This document shows positions 53,906-64,000 of a stretch of DNA of 64,000 nucleotides, piece after piece. How positions within the stretch are numbered: position 1 is the first letter of the stretch; every line of letters starts with the position of its first letter. Source of the stretch: Armatimonadota bacterium (GTDB lineage: Bacteria > Sysuimicrobiota > Sysuimicrobiia > Sysuimicrobiales > Kaftiobacteriaceae); assembly GCA_037440005.1 (NCBI GenBank), contig JBBIUY010000006.1:1-64000 (forward strand), in the 5' to 3' direction. The translations under genes were made by a program, and so were the position numbers. The notes under the pieces were generated by a model. That model had not been told where the DNA came from, ran no database searches, and was given only the letters and a program-made list of their open reading frames with translations.

Positions 53906-55393
53906 ATGGATCCCCGGACAGCACCGCCTGTGGGCGACATGCCCGCCGAGGAGTTCCGGCGGGCCGGCCACCGGGTGGTGGACTGGATTGCCGACTACCT
54001 GGAGCGGGTGGGGGACTACCCGGTCCTGGCGCGGACCGCGCCGGGGGACATCGTCCGGAGGCTTCCGGCGGTGCCCCCGGCGCAGGGGGAGCCGGTGGAG
54101 GCGATCCTGCGGGACGTGGACGAGGTGATCCTGCCGGGCATCACCCACTGGAACCACCCCGCCTTCTTCGCCTACTTCGCCATCACCGGGTCCGGCCCGG
54201 GGATCCTGGGGGAGATGCTGGCGGCCGCCCTGAACGTCAACGGGATGCTGTGGAAGACGTCGCCGGCGGCCACCGAGCTGGAGGAAGTGGCGCTGGGCTG
54301 GCTGCGGCAGATGGTGGGGCTGCCGGAGGAGTTCGCCGGGATCATCATGGACACCGCGTCGGTGGCCAGCCTGTGCGCTGTGGCGGCCGCCCGGGAGGCG
54401 GTGGAGGAATACCCGGTGCGCCTGCGCGGGATGGCCGGCGGGCCGCGGCTGCGGCTGTACACCTCCGAGCAGGCTCACTCCTCCATCGAGAAGGCCGCCC
54501 TGGTTCTGGGGGTGGGCCAGGACGGCGTGCGCAAGATCCCCACCGACGACGCCTACCGGCTGGACCCTCAGGCGCTGGCGGAGGCGATCGCCGACGACCG
54601 CCGGCGGGGGTGGCGCCCGTTCTGCGTGGTGGCCACCGTCGGGACCACCTCCACCACCAGCATCGACCCGGTGCCCGCCATCGCCGACATCTGCGAGCGC
54701 GAGGGGCTGTGGCTGCACGTGGACGGCGCCTATGCCGGGATGGCGGCGGTGGCCCGCGAATTCCGGTGGGTCCTGGACGGCTGCCACCGCGCCGACTCGG
54801 TGGTGATCAACCCCCACAAGTGGCTGTTCGTGCCCATCGACTGCAGCACGTTTTACTGCCGCCGGCCGGAGGTCCTGCGCCGGGCCTTCAGCCTGGTGCC
54901 CGACTACCTGCACACGCCCGAGCGGGAGCGGGCGGGCGTGCGGGACCTGATGGACTACGGGATCCAGCTGGGCCGCCGCTTCCGGGCCCTGAAGCTGTGG
55001 ATGGTGATCCGCTACTTCGGCGCCGAGGGCCTGGCCGCCCGCATCCGGGAGCACGTCGCCCTGGGGCAGCGCTTTGCGGCGTGGGTGGACGCCCACCCGG
55101 ACTTCGAGCGGATGGCGCCGACGCCCCTGTCGGTGGTGTGCTTCCGCGCTCACCCGGCGTCGCTGCGCGGGCGGGCGGAGCCCGCGGCCCTGGACGAGCT
55201 CAACGCACAGATCCTGGAGGGCGTCAACGCCACCGGGCGCGCCTACCTGTCCCACACCCGGCTGCGAGGGCGGCTGGCGCTGCGCCTGGCCGTGGGCAAC
55301 CTCCGCACCACCGAGGAGCACGTGCGCCGGGCCTGGGAACTGATCCAGGAGGCGGCCGCTGCGGCGGTCCGCCGGGCCGGCCTGCTTCCCTGA
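53906..55393 (+). CDS. PLP-dependent aromatic-L-amino-acid decarboxylase family protein
   Basis: THWNHP, SPAATELE, HVDGAY, NPHKW, RFRALKLW. Confidence 0.9.
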   Translation: MDPRTAPPVGDMPAEEFRRAGHRVVDWIADYLERVGDYPVLARTAPGDIVRRLPAVPPAQGEPVEAILRDVDEVILPGITHWNHPAFFAYFAITGSGPGILGEMLAAALNVNGMLWKTSPAATELEEVALGWLRQMVGLPEEFAGIIMDTASVASLCAVAAAREAVEEYPVRLRGMAGGPRLRLYTSEQAHSSIEKAALVLGVGQDGVRKIPTDDAYRLDPQALAEAIADDRRRGWRPFCVVATVGTTSTTSIDPVPAIADICEREGLWLHVDGAYAGMAAVAREFRWVLDGCHRADSVVINPHKWLFVPIDCSTFYCRRPEVLRRAFSLVPDYLHTPERERAGVRDLMDYGIQLGRRFRALKLWMVIRYFGAEGLAARIREHVALGQRFAAWVDAHPDFERMAPTPLSVVCFRAHPASLRGRAEPAALDELNAQILEGVNATGRAYLSHTRLRGRLALRLAVGNLRTTEEHVRRAWELIQEAAAAAVRRAGLLP

Positions 55394-55499
55394 CCCGCCC
55401 GCACCCGGCGCGGCAGCCGCCCGCGCGGGCCGCGCCTGAGTCGGCGGCGGAGGATAACCGCGGCAGGTCGTGGAAGGAGGCCCCCGGGCGACTCCCCCC

Positions 55500-56198
55500 A
55501 TGATCTTCCGCGACCGCCGGGAAGCCGGAGCGCAGCTGGCGGCGGCCCTGCAGTCCTACCGGGATCGTCGCCCCTTCGTGCTGGCGGTGCCGCGGGGCGG
55601 CGTGGTGGTGGGCTACCAGGTGGCCGTCGCGCTGGACGCCCCTCTGGACGTGGTGGTGCCCCGCAAGCTGCGGGCCCCGTTCAATCCGGAGCTGGCCATC
55701 GGCGCCGTGGCCCACGACGGCTCGGTGTACCTGGACGAGGGGCTGGTGCGGACCCTGGGGGTGGGCGACGACTACCTCCGGGAGGAGATCGCCCATCAGA
55801 CCGAGGAGATTCGCCGGCGCATGCAGGCCTACCGGGGCGAGCGGCCCATGCCCGACCTGTCGGGCGCCACGGCGATCGTCGCCGACGACGGCGTGGCCAC
55901 CGGCGCCACCATGATCGCCGCCCTGCGGGCGGTGCGGGCCCTGGGGCCCCAGGCGGTGGTGGCGGCGGTTCCGGTGGCCCCTCCGGAGACGGTGGAGCGG
56001 CTGCGGGGCGAGGCCGACGACGTGGTGTGCCTGCACACCCCCGTCATGTTCTACGCCGTGGGCCAGTTCTACGAGGACTTCTCCCAGACCACCGACGAGG
56101 AAGTGGTCGCCCTCCTGCGCGCCCGCGCCGCCCCGGGCCCCGGCGACCTGGCCGCCCGTCCGGGCGGGCGGGACGCCGGGCCGGACCGGGGGTCCTGA
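55500..56198 (+). CDS. Phosphoribosyltransferase family protein
   Basis: FRDRREAG, PRGG, DDGVATG, VGQFY. Confidence 0.88.
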   Translation: MIFRDRREAGAQLAAALQSYRDRRPFVLAVPRGGVVVGYQVAVALDAPLDVVVPRKLRAPFNPELAIGAVAHDGSVYLDEGLVRTLGVGDDYLREEIAHQTEEIRRRMQAYRGERPMPDLSGATAIVADDGVATGATMIAALRAVRALGPQAVVAAVPVAPPETVERLRGEADDVVCLHTPVMFYAVGQFYEDFSQTTDEEVVALLRARAAPGPGDLAARPGGRDAGPDRGS

Positions 56199-56226
56199 GG
56201 GTGCCGCTCCCGCGCGCCCTGCGGAT

Positions 56227-57324
56227 ATGGCCGTGGCCGGGTTGAAGAGGACCAGCCTGCACGCCGCCCACCTGGCCGCCGGGGCGCGCATGGTGGAGTT
56301 TGCCGGGTGGGAGATGCCGGTGCAGTACGCCGGCATCGTCCCCGAGCACCGGACGGTGCGGACCGCCGCCGGATTGTTCGACGTCTCCCACATGGGCGAG
56401 ATCGAGATCGCCGGCCCAGGGGCTCTGGAGTCGGTGCAGCGGCTGATCACCAACGACGCCAGCCGTCTGGCGGTGGGCCAGGGGCTGTACACGCCCATGT
56501 GCGCGCCCACCGGAGGCATCCTGGACGACCTGACGGTGTTCCGGCTGGGCGTGGACCGCTTCCTGCTGGTGGTGAATGCCAGCCGCACCGACGCCGACTT
56601 CGCCTGGGTCGCCGAGCACACGCACCAGGCCACCGCCCGCAACCGGTCGGCGGACCTGGCGTTGCTGGCCCTGCAGGGCCCCCGGGCGGCGGCGGTGCTG
56701 CAGCGCCTGGTCCGGGCCGACCTGGCCGATCTGCGGTTCTTCCACCTGCTGGACGGGGTGGACGTGGCCGGGGTGACGTGCCTGGTCTCCCGCACGGGCT
56801 ACACCGGCGAGGACGGGTTCGAGATCGCCTGCGCCTGGGAGGAGGCCCCGCGCCTGTGGGGCGCCCTGCTGGACGCCGGGCGGTCCGAGGGCCTGGTGCC
56901 GGCCGGACTGGGAGCGCGGGACACCCTGCGGATGGAGGCCGGCTACATGCTGTACGGCCAGGACATCGACGAGACCACCACTCCCCTGGAGGCTCCTCTG
57001 GCCTGGACGGTTAAGTTTGACAAGGGAGAGTTCATCGGCCGGCAGGCTCTGTGGGCCCAGAAAGAGCAGGGGGTGCGGCGGCGGCTGGTGGGGTTTGAGG
57101 TGCGCGACCGGGTCATCACCCGCCCCGGCTGCCTTCTGTGGGCTGGCGGCCGGCCGGTGGGGCGCGTGACCAGCGGCACCTTCGGCCCGTGGGTGGGCAA
57201 GAGCATCGGCCTGGGGTACGTGGAGACGGACTGGGCGTCGCCCGGCACGACCCTGGAGGTGGAGGTGCGGGGGCGGAGGGTGGATGCGGTGGTGACCAGG
57301 CTTCCGTTCTACCGGAGGAGGTGA
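56227..57324 (+). CDS. gcvT: Glycine cleavage aminomethyltransferase T
   Basis: FAGWEMPVQY, FDVSHMG, RTGYTGEDGFE, ARDTLRMEAG. Confidence 0.95.
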   Translation: MAVAGLKRTSLHAAHLAAGARMVEFAGWEMPVQYAGIVPEHRTVRTAAGLFDVSHMGEIEIAGPGALESVQRLITNDASRLAVGQGLYTPMCAPTGGILDDLTVFRLGVDRFLLVVNASRTDADFAWVAEHTHQATARNRSADLALLALQGPRAAAVLQRLVRADLADLRFFHLLDGVDVAGVTCLVSRTGYTGEDGFEIACAWEEAPRLWGALLDAGRSEGLVPAGLGARDTLRMEAGYMLYGQDIDETTTPLEAPLAWTVKFDKGEFIGRQALWAQKEQGVRRRLVGFEVRDRVITRPGCLLWAGGRPVGRVTSGTFGPWVGKSIGLGYVETDWASPGTTLEVEVRGRRVDAVVTRLPFYRRR

Positions 57325-57328
57325 CACG

Positions 57329-57730
57329 CTGGACAGGGACGAGCGGTTCCCCCCGGATCTGCGGTATTCCACCGAGCACGAGTGGGCCCGGGTGGAGGAC
57401 GGGCGGGTGCGGGTGGGCATCACCCGGCACGCCGCCGACCGGCTCACCGACATCGTCTACGTGGAGCTGCCGCCTCCCGGGACCCGGGTCTTTTTCATGC
57501 AGCCGTTTGGCGTCATCGAATCGGTCAAGGCGGCGTCGGACCTGTACGCCCCCGTCAGCGGCACCGTCGTGGAGGTCAACGGGGTCCTGCGGGAGCGGCC
57601 CGAGGTGGTCAACGCCGACCCGTACGGCGAGGGGTGGATGATCGTGGTGGCCCCCGACGACCTGCGGGAGCTGGACCGGCTGCTCAGCGCCGACGACTAC
57701 GCCCGGCTGGTGGGCGAGGAGGAGAGATGA
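57329..57730 (+). CDS. gcvH: Glycine cleavage H protein (probable CTG start)
   Basis: [12 protein letters not shown] lies upstream of the ORF-track start; lipoyl motif [12 protein letters not shown]. Confidence 0.92.
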   Translation: MDRDERFPPDLRYSTEHEWARVEDGRVRVGITRHAADRLTDIVYVELPPPGTRVFFMQPFGVIESVKAASDLYAPVSGTVVEVNGVLRERPEVVNADPYGEGWMIVVAPDDLRELDRLLSADDYARLVGEEER

Positions 57731-59100
57731 CCGGACAGCGCGCCCCGCGCCGGCAGCACAAGTACATCCCGGCCACCGACGCCGAGCGGGAGGAGATGCT
57801 GCGGGCCGTCGGCGTGGCCTCGGTGGAGGACCTGTTCGCCGACGTCCCGCCCCCTGTGCGGCTGAGGCGGCCCCTGGACCTGCCGCCCCCCCTCAGCGAC
57901 CCCGAGCTGGTGTCGGCGGTGCGGGCCCTGGCCGAGGACACCCTGCACGCCGACCGGGTGGCCTGCTTTCTGGGCGCCGGCGCCTACGACCACTACGTCC
58001 CCAGCGTGGTCTGGCACCTGGCCGGCCGGGCGGAGTTTCTCACCGCCTACACGCCCTACCAGGCGGAGATCATGCAGGGGGCGCTGCAGGCCGCCTACGA
58101 GTACCAGACCATGCTGTGCGAGCTCACCGGGATGGACGTGGCCAACGCCTCCATGTACGACGGGGCGTCGGCCACCGCCGAGGCGGCCGTCATGGCCCGG
58201 GACCTGACCCGGCGGGACCGGGTCATGGTGAGCCGGTCGGTGCATCCCGAGTACCGGCAGGTGCTGCGCACCTACACCGAGCCCCTGGGGGTGGAGGTGG
58301 TGGAGGTGCCCTGGCGGGACGGGGTCACCGACCTAGAGGCGGCCGACGCCCTCCTGGACGGCCGCACCGCCGCGGTGGTCGTCCAGCACCCCAACGTCTT
58401 CGGGTGCCTGGAGGACGGCCCCGCCCTGGCCGAGCTGGCCCACCGCAAGGGCGCGCTGCTGGTGTGCGCGGTGGCCGAGCCCGTCTCTTTGGGAGTGCTG
58501 CGGCCTCCGGGAGCCTGGGGCGCCGACATCGTGGCCGGGGAGGGCCAGCCTCTGGGCAACCACCTGAACTTCGGAGGGCCCTTCTTGGGCATGCTGGCCA
58601 CCCGGCAGGAGTTCGTGCGGCGGATGCCCGGCCGGCTGGTGGGCGCCACGGTGGACGCCGATGGGCGGCGCGGGTTCGTGCTCACCCTGCAGACGCGGGA
58701 GCAGCACATCCGGCGGGAGAAGGCCACCAGCAACATCTGCACCAACGAGGCGCTGCTGGCGCTGGCGGCCGCCGTGTACATGGCGGCGTTGGGGCCCCGG
58801 GGGCTGCGGGCGGTGGCGGAGCTCAACCTCCAGAAGGCCGCCTACGCCCGGGAGGCGGTGGGACGGTTGCCCGGGTACCGCCTGGCGTTTGCGGCTCCGA
58901 CGTTCAACGAGTTCGTGGTGCGCACCCCGCTGCCGCCCGAGGAGGTCAACCGGCGGCTGCTGGCCCACCGCATCCTGGGGGGCGCGCCCCTGGGCCGGTG
59001 GTACCCGGAGCTCCCGAACGGGTGGCTGGTGTGCGTGACCGAGCAGCGCACCCGGTCGGAGATCGACGCCCTCGTGTCGGCGCTGGAGGCGATCCGATGA
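57727..59100 (+). CDS. gcvPA: Glycine dehydrogenase subunit 1
   Basis: [38 protein letters not shown]. Confidence 0.95.
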   Translation: MTGQRAPRRQHKYIPATDAEREEMLRAVGVASVEDLFADVPPPVRLRRPLDLPPPLSDPELVSAVRALAEDTLHADRVACFLGAGAYDHYVPSVVWHLAGRAEFLTAYTPYQAEIMQGALQAAYEYQTMLCELTGMDVANASMYDGASATAEAAVMARDLTRRDRVMVSRSVHPEYRQVLRTYTEPLGVEVVEVPWRDGVTDLEAADALLDGRTAAVVVQHPNVFGCLEDGPALAELAHRKGALLVCAVAEPVSLGVLRPPGAWGADIVAGEGQPLGNHLNFGGPFLGMLATRQEFVRRMPGRLVGATVDADGRRGFVLTLQTREQHIRREKATSNICTNEALLALAAAVYMAALGPRGLRAVAELNLQKAAYAREAVGRLPGYRLAFAAPTFNEFVVRTPLPPEEVNRRLLAHRILGGAPLGRWYPELPNGWLVCVTEQRTRSEIDALVSALEAIR

Positions 59101-60578
59101 GCGGGCCGGATCCGCGGCGGGGGCGCGACGTCCCGCTGATCTTCGAGCTCAGCACCCCGGGGCGGGTGGGCTGCTCGGTCCCCGACCCCGACGTGCCGGT
59201 GCGGGCCCTGGAGGAGCTGGTGCCGCGGGATCTGCTGCGGGAGGACCCGCCGGCGCTGCCCGAGGTCAGCGAGCTGGACGTGGTGCGCCACTACACCCGG
59301 CTGTCCCACCGCACCTTCAGCATCGACGAGGGCATGTACCCTCTGGGCTCGTGCACCATGAAGTACAACCCCAAGATCCACGAGGACCTGGCCCGGCTGC
59401 CGGGCTTTTCCCGGCTGCACCCCTACACCCCCGCCGAGCACGCCCAGGGCGCGCTGCGCCTGATGTGGGAGCTGGAGCGGCTGCTGGCCGAGATCAGCGG
59501 GATGGACCGGGTGACCTTTCAGCCGGCGGCCGGCGCCCACGGGGAGCTGGTGGGCCTGCTGATGATCCGCGCCTACTTCCGCGCCCGGGGGGAGGTCCGC
59601 ACCCGGGTGATCGTCCCCGACTCAGCCCACGGCACCAACCCGGCCACCGCCGCCATGTGCGGGTACCAGGTGGTCACCGTGCGCAGCGACAGCCGGGGCA
59701 ACCTGGACGTGGGGGCCCTGCGGGACGCCATGGACGAGTCGGTGGCCGCCCTGATGCTTACCAACCCCAACACCCTGGGCCTGTTCGAGGAACGCATCCT
59801 GGAGATCGCCGAGGTGGTGCACGGCCGGGGAGGCCAGATGTACCTGGACGGGGCCAACTTCAACGCCATGCTGGGCGTCACCCGCCCGGGGGACCAGGGG
59901 TTTGACGTGATGCACATCAACCTGCACAAGACCTTCTCCACCCCCCACGGCGGCGGCGGCCCCGGGGCCGGCGCCGTGGGGGTGAAGGCCCACCTGGTCC
60001 CCTTCCTGCCGGTGCCCACGGTGGAGCGCCGCGGTGACGGGTTCGTGCTGGACTACGACCGCCCGCAGTCCATCGGCAAGGTGCGGGCGTTTTACGGCAA
60101 CTTCGCCAACCTGGTGCGGGCGTACGCCTACATCCGGTCCCTGGGCGCCGAGGGCCTCAGGCAGGTGGCCGAGACCGCCGTCCTCAACGCCAACTACCTG
60201 CTGGCCCGGCTGCGGGAGCACTTCGACGTGCCCTACCCCCGCCTGTGCAAGCACGAGTTCGTCCTGTCGGGGGCGCGGCAGAGGAAGCTGTACGGTGTGA
60301 CCACCAGGGACATGGCCAAGCGCATCCTGGACTACGGCTTCCACGCACCCACCGTGTACTTCCCCCTGATCGTGGACGAGGCCATCATGATCGAGCCCAC
60401 CGAGACCGAGAGCAAACGGACCCTGGACGAGTTCACCGACGCCCTGGCGGCCGTCGCCCGGGAAGCCCGGGACGCCCCCGACGTGGTCCGCACCGCCCCC
60501 CACACCACCCCCGTCCGGCGGCTGGACGAGGTGCGGGCGGCGCGACAGCCGGACCTGCGCTGGAGGCCCCGGCGCTAG
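59097..60578 (+). CDS. gcvPB: Glycine dehydrogenase subunit 2
   Basis: [41 protein letters not shown]. Confidence 0.95.
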   Translation: MSGPDPRRGRDVPLIFELSTPGRVGCSVPDPDVPVRALEELVPRDLLREDPPALPEVSELDVVRHYTRLSHRTFSIDEGMYPLGSCTMKYNPKIHEDLARLPGFSRLHPYTPAEHAQGALRLMWELERLLAEISGMDRVTFQPAAGAHGELVGLLMIRAYFRARGEVRTRVIVPDSAHGTNPATAAMCGYQVVTVRSDSRGNLDVGALRDAMDESVAALMLTNPNTLGLFEERILEIAEVVHGRGGQMYLDGANFNAMLGVTRPGDQGFDVMHINLHKTFSTPHGGGGPGAGAVGVKAHLVPFLPVPTVERRGDGFVLDYDRPQSIGKVRAFYGNFANLVRAYAYIRSLGAEGLRQVAETAVLNANYLLARLREHFDVPYPRLCKHEFVLSGARQRKLYGVTTRDMAKRILDYGFHAPTVYFPLIVDEAIMIEPTETESKRTLDEFTDALAAVAREARDAPDVVRTAPHTTPVRRLDEVRAARQPDLRWRPRR

Positions 60579-60584
60579 AAGGCG

Positions 60585-61520
60585 ATGGCCGCGTCTTTGC
60601 CCGTCAGCCTGGCCGACGTTGAGGCCGCCAGGGAGCGCATCGTCCCCTTCGTGCGGCAGACCCCCCTGCACCCCCTGGGTGATGGCCTGCTGCTGAAGCT
60701 GGAGAACCTGCAGGTGACCGGGTCGTTTAAGGCCCGGGGGGCGTTCAACCACGTCCTGGCCCGGCGGGAGGAGTGCGCGGCGGGGGTGATCACCGCCTCC
60801 TCGGGCAACCACGGCACGGCGGTGGCCCACGTGGCCCGGGCGCTGGGCCTGCCGGCGGTGGTGGTGGTCCCCGAGGACGTGGCCGCGGTGAAGGCGCAGG
60901 CCATCCAGGCCGCGGGGGCGGAGCTGGTGCGGCGGGGCCGGTTTTCCCAGGAGCGGCTGGCGCTGGCCCGGGAACTGGCCGAACGCCGGGGCCTGCACTA
61001 CGTTCCCCCGTTCGACGACCCGCTGGTCATCGCCGGCCAGGGCACGGCAGGGCTGGAGATCGTCCGGCAGCGCCCCGACGTGGAGGCGGTCTACGTGCCC
61101 TGTAGCGGCGGAGGCCTGCTGTCGGGGATCGCGGTGGCGGTAAAGGCGCTGCGCCCCCGGGCCCGGGTGGTCGGGGTGGAGCCCCAGGGGGCCGACAGGT
61201 TCCGGCGGTCCCGGCTGGCCGGCCGGCCGGTGGCCCTCGAGGCGGCGCAGACCATCGCCGACGGCCTGCGGGTGCTCTCTCCCGGAATCCTGACCTGGCA
61301 GATCGCCGAGCAGCTCGTGGACGACTTCGTCACCGTCTCCGACGGGCAGATCGTGGCGGCGGCCCGCCGCCTGCTGGAGGAGGCGAAGGTGGTGGCCGAG
61401 CCGTCCGGGGCGGCCGCAGTGGCCGCAGCCCTGGCCGCGGCCCGCCAGGGGTCGGCGGTGGTGGCCGTGGTGAGCGGGGGGAACGCAGACCGGGAGTTTC
61501 TGAGGCTGCTGATCTCGTAG
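60585..61520 (+). CDS. Threonine/serine dehydratase family PLP enzyme
   Basis: KLENLQVTGSFKARG, SSGNHG, GGGL, EPSGA, SGGN. Confidence 0.9.
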   Translation: MAASLPVSLADVEAARERIVPFVRQTPLHPLGDGLLLKLENLQVTGSFKARGAFNHVLARREECAAGVITASSGNHGTAVAHVARALGLPAVVVVPEDVAAVKAQAIQAAGAELVRRGRFSQERLALARELAERRGLHYVPPFDDPLVIAGQGTAGLEIVRQRPDVEAVYVPCSGGGLLSGIAVAVKALRPRARVVGVEPQGADRFRRSRLAGRPVALEAAQTIADGLRVLSPGILTWQIAEQLVDDFVTVSDGQIVAAARRLLEEAKVVAEPSGAAAVAAALAAARQGSAVVAVVSGGNADREFLRLLIS

Positions 61521-61555
61521 CCGGGCCACCGGGAGTTCTTCAAGCCGCCCCCCTA

Positions 61556-61610
61556 CGTACCTGTGTTCGTCACTTTGGGTCTTGAAAGTCGTACATATGT
61601 TCGCTATAAT
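61556..61610 (+). promoter_or_regulatory. lexA promoter with two SOS boxes
   Basis: CGTAC-CTGT-GTTCG 61556-61569; TTGAAA 61582-N17-TATAAT 61605; CGTAC-ATAT-GTTCG 61590-61603 within the spacer. Confidence 0.85.
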
Positions 61611-61632
61611 CTCTGCCGGAGGTGAGACTGGC

Positions 61633-62262
61633 ATGGCCGCCCCTCTGACCGACCGGCAGCGGCAGGTTCTGGAGTACATCGCGTCCTCCATCCGCCAGAC
61701 CGGCATCGTTCCCTCCGTGCGGGAGATCGGCCAGGCCCTGGGTATGCGTTCGCCCTCCACGGTGCACCAGCACCTGACGGCCCTGGAGCGCAAAGGGTAC
61801 ATCCGGCGCCACGGCGACCGCATGCGGGTGCTGGAGGTGCTGGACAGGCGCCTGCTGCCGTCGGGGGAAGATGTCGCCCACCTGCCGCTGGTGGGCCGGG
61901 TGTCGGCCGGTCTGCCGGTGCTGGCCCAGGAGAACGTGGAGGAGATGATCCCCGTCCCCCGCCGGATGGTCGGCTGGCAGGACGACAACTGCTTTCTGCT
62001 GACGGTGCGGGGAGACAGCATGGCCGGCGCCGGGATCTTCGACGGGGACATGGTCATCGTCCGCTCGCAACCCACGGCGGCGGTGGGAGACGTGGTCGTC
62101 GCCCTGATCGGAGAGGAGGCCACCGTCAAGCGCCTGGCCGCCGAGGGCGGCCGGATGTACCTGAAGCCGGAGAACCCCGCCTACCCGCCGATCCGGGACG
62201 AGTTCGAGATCATCGGCAAGGTGGTCGGCCTGCTGCGCCGGTACGCCGGAGGCACCGGATGA
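61633..62262 (+). CDS. lexA: SOS repressor LexA
   Basis: LTDRQ, PSVREI, VSAG cleavage site, GDSM Ser, TVKR Lys. Confidence 0.95.
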   Translation: MAAPLTDRQRQVLEYIASSIRQTGIVPSVREIGQALGMRSPSTVHQHLTALERKGYIRRHGDRMRVLEVLDRRLLPSGEDVAHLPLVGRVSAGLPVLAQENVEEMIPVPRRMVGWQDDNCFLLTVRGDSMAGAGIFDGDMVIVRSQPTAAVGDVVVALIGEEATVKRLAAEGGRMYLKPENPAYPPIRDEFEIIGKVVGLLRRYAGGTG

Positions 62263-62462
62263 GCGTCTCCCTCCGCTGGCAGCCGCCCGCCCCTCCCGCA
62301 GCCGTCCGTCCTCCCGCCCGCGCGCTCCGGATGCGGGCCGCGGCGGCCGGGTGGTGGGCCAGGCTGGCCGATGACCGGGAGATGGTGGGGCTGAAACTGG
62401 TGCTGCTGGCGGTCGTGCTGGCCCTGGCGCTGACCTGGGAGGTGCCGGGGTGGGCCCCGTGA
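62259..62462 (+). CDS. Small single-TM hypothetical protein
   Basis: ATGA overlap with lexA; hydrophobic LVLLAVVLALALTW; GTGA overlap with the next gene. Confidence 0.6.
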   Translation: MSVSLRWQPPAPPAAVRPPARALRMRAAAAGWWARLADDREMVGLKLVLLAVVLALALTWEVPGWAP

Positions 62463-62908
62463 TCATGACGGAGGTGGAGGTGGCGTCCGTCGCCGCCGGG
62501 GGCCGCGCGGCGGCGGGGGTGGTCATCCGGGCTCCCGACGGGACTCCGCTGGCGGTCCTGGGACGGGTGGAGACGGCGGGATCCCGGCAGGGGGCGGTGT
62601 ACCGGGGAGTGCTGGCGGGACTGCTGCGGGCGCGGCGGCTGGGCGCCCGGGCGGTGCGCGTGCTGCTGGACAGTCCGGAGGTGCACGCCCAGCTGTCCGG
62701 GGGCGCGGACATTCCTCCCGACCTGATCGGCCCCTACCTCCAGGCCCGGGCCCTGTTCAACGCTTACCGGCGCCGCGAGGTGCGCTGCCTGGACGGCGGG
62801 TCCAGCGCCCTGGCCCTGGAGGCCGCCCGCCGGGCGCTGGCCTCCTGCGGGGAGGACACCGACGAAGACGACGAAGCCCTCCCCCTGTGGCGGGCCGCCT
62901 CCGGGTGA
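62459..62908 (+). CDS. RNase HI-like fold protein, probably inactive
   Basis: AAAGVVI, GAVYRGVLAGLLRARRLGA, LLDSPEVHAQLSG follow the RNase HI pattern without most acidic residues. Confidence 0.65.
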   Translation: MIMTEVEVASVAAGGRAAAGVVIRAPDGTPLAVLGRVETAGSRQGAVYRGVLAGLLRARRLGARAVRVLLDSPEVHAQLSGGADIPPDLIGPYLQARALFNAYRRREVRCLDGGSSALALEAARRALASCGEDTDEDDEALPLWRAASG

Positions 62909-62957
62909 AGGACAGGCCCCGCGCCGGTGGAACCCTGGGGTGAAGGTTTTCCCGCCC

Positions 62958-63473
62958 ATGGAGGACACCGGCGTCGAGCAGCTGCTGGCGGAAGGCGACC
63001 GCCTGCTGCGGTCCGGCGACTTTGCCGCGGCCGAGGCGGCCTTCGCCCGCGCCCTCGCCCTGGCCCCCGACTCCGCGGTGACGTACAGCAAGCTGGGCGC
63101 GGCCCTGGCCCAGCAGGGGCGCCTGGACGAGGCCCTGGACGCGCTGTCCAGGGCCGTCGCGCTGCAGCCCACCTACGCGCCGGCCTACAACAACCTGGGC
63201 AACGTCTACCGCGAGAAAGGGATGGTCGAGCAGGCCCTGGCTGCGTACCGGCGCGCCGTGGAGCTGGACCCGGACTACTGGCTGGCCCACCAGAACCTGG
63301 GCGCCCTGTACCGGCGGATGGGGCGGTTCGACGACGCCGTCCGCCACTTCAAGATCGCCCACCGCCTGTCGCTGCGCCGCCCGCCCGGGCCGTCCGCCGG
63401 ACCCGCCCGGCCGGGCTGCCTACCGGTGGTGGTGGCCGTCGTGGCGCTGGCGGCGGCCGTCGCGTTGAGATGA
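62958..63473 (+). CDS. TPR protein with C-terminal membrane anchor
   Basis: About four TPR motifs (AYNNLGNVY, AHQNLGALY); GC + hydrophobic tail. Confidence 0.85.
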   Translation: MEDTGVEQLLAEGDRLLRSGDFAAAEAAFARALALAPDSAVTYSKLGAALAQQGRLDEALDALSRAVALQPTYAPAYNNLGNVYREKGMVEQALAAYRRAVELDPDYWLAHQNLGALYRRMGRFDDAVRHFKIAHRLSLRRPPGPSAGPARPGCLPVVVAVVALAAAVALR

Positions 63474-63534
63474 GCGCGCGCCCCGCCGGCACCCCGGTGC
63501 GTCCCGTCGCGGAGGGCGCCGGCCGCAGGAGGGC

Positions 63535-63999
63535 CTACGGAATCTCCCCCAGCTCCTCGCGCAGCCGCAGCAGGTGCAGCAGGTCGCTGCGGGTGAGGAT
63601 CCCCACCAGGGTGCCGTCGTCGCCCACCACCAGGACGCGGCCGATGCCGTCCTGGGTCATGCGCTCGAAGGCCTCGTAGGCGGACGCCGACGGGCGGACC
63701 GTCCGCAGGCGCTGCAGGGGCGTCATCACCTCCCGCACGGTGGTGGCCGCCCGCCGCTCCCGGGGGACCTCCTTCACGTCGTGCAGGGTCACGATGCCCA
63801 GCAGCCGGTCCCCCCACACCACGGGAAATCCCCCGTGCTTGAGAGGGAGGAGGTAGTCGGCGATCAGCTGGTCGAGGGTCAGGGCGGGGTCCACGGTGTG
63901 CAGCGCGCGGCTCATCACGTCCGCCACCCGCACGTCTTCCAGGGCCTGGCGCAGCAGGACCTGCTGGTAGCCGGCCTGCGCCCCGGCGTCCAGGAACCA
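63535..63999 (-). CDS. CBS-pair C-terminus, probably of a site-2 protease (5' truncated)
   Basis: WFLDAGAQAGYQQVLLRQAL followed by two CBS motifs (VADVMS..FPVV..GIVT; VREVMT..GILT). Confidence 0.8.
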   Translation of the reverse strand, partial: WFLDAGAQAGYQQVLLRQALEDVRVADVMSRALHTVDPALTLDQLIADYLLPLKHGGFPVVWGDRLLGIVTLHDVKEVPRERRAATTVREVMTPLQRLRTVRPSASAYEAFERMTQDGIGRVLVVGDDGTLVGILTRSDLLHLLRLREELGEIP

Positions 64000-64000
64000 C

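Noticed and set aside
56199..56226. Glycine riboswitch before gcvT
   Set aside because: The intergenic gap is only 28 bp and shows no aptamer motifs.

Overview
High-GC bacterial chromosome segment spanning the replication origin. Gene orientation switches from mostly minus to mostly plus around 45.8-48.7 kb. It holds the core origin block gyrA-gyrB-DUF370-DUF721-recF-yaaA-dnaN-dnaA / rpmH-rnpA-yidD-yidC-jag-rsmG-parA-parB, with DnaA-box clusters on both sides of dnaA and a parS-like site inside parB. An unexpected gene encoding an RsbT-like GHKL ATPase fused to a winged-helix domain sits between the upstream DnaA boxes and dnaA. Left of the origin lie recR, an MFS transporter, a selenocysteine-containing selD divergent from LysR-archease-serS, an OGG1-type glycosylase, cation/H+ antiporters, a large aro/trp cluster with a Trp T-box riboswitch and an internal trpS, AlaX, and a sugar ABC transporter lacking its ATPase. 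Right of the origin lie a PLP decarboxylase, gcvT-H-PA-PB and a lexA operon with two GTAC-N4-GTTC boxes, a small membrane ORF and an apparently inactive RNase H-fold protein. Intergenic mosaic repeats (REP-like hairpin plus 7/8-mer tandem arrays) recur. No tRNA, rRNA, CRISPR array or transposase was recognised. All calls come from reading the sequence and ORF track by eye; no database searches were run.
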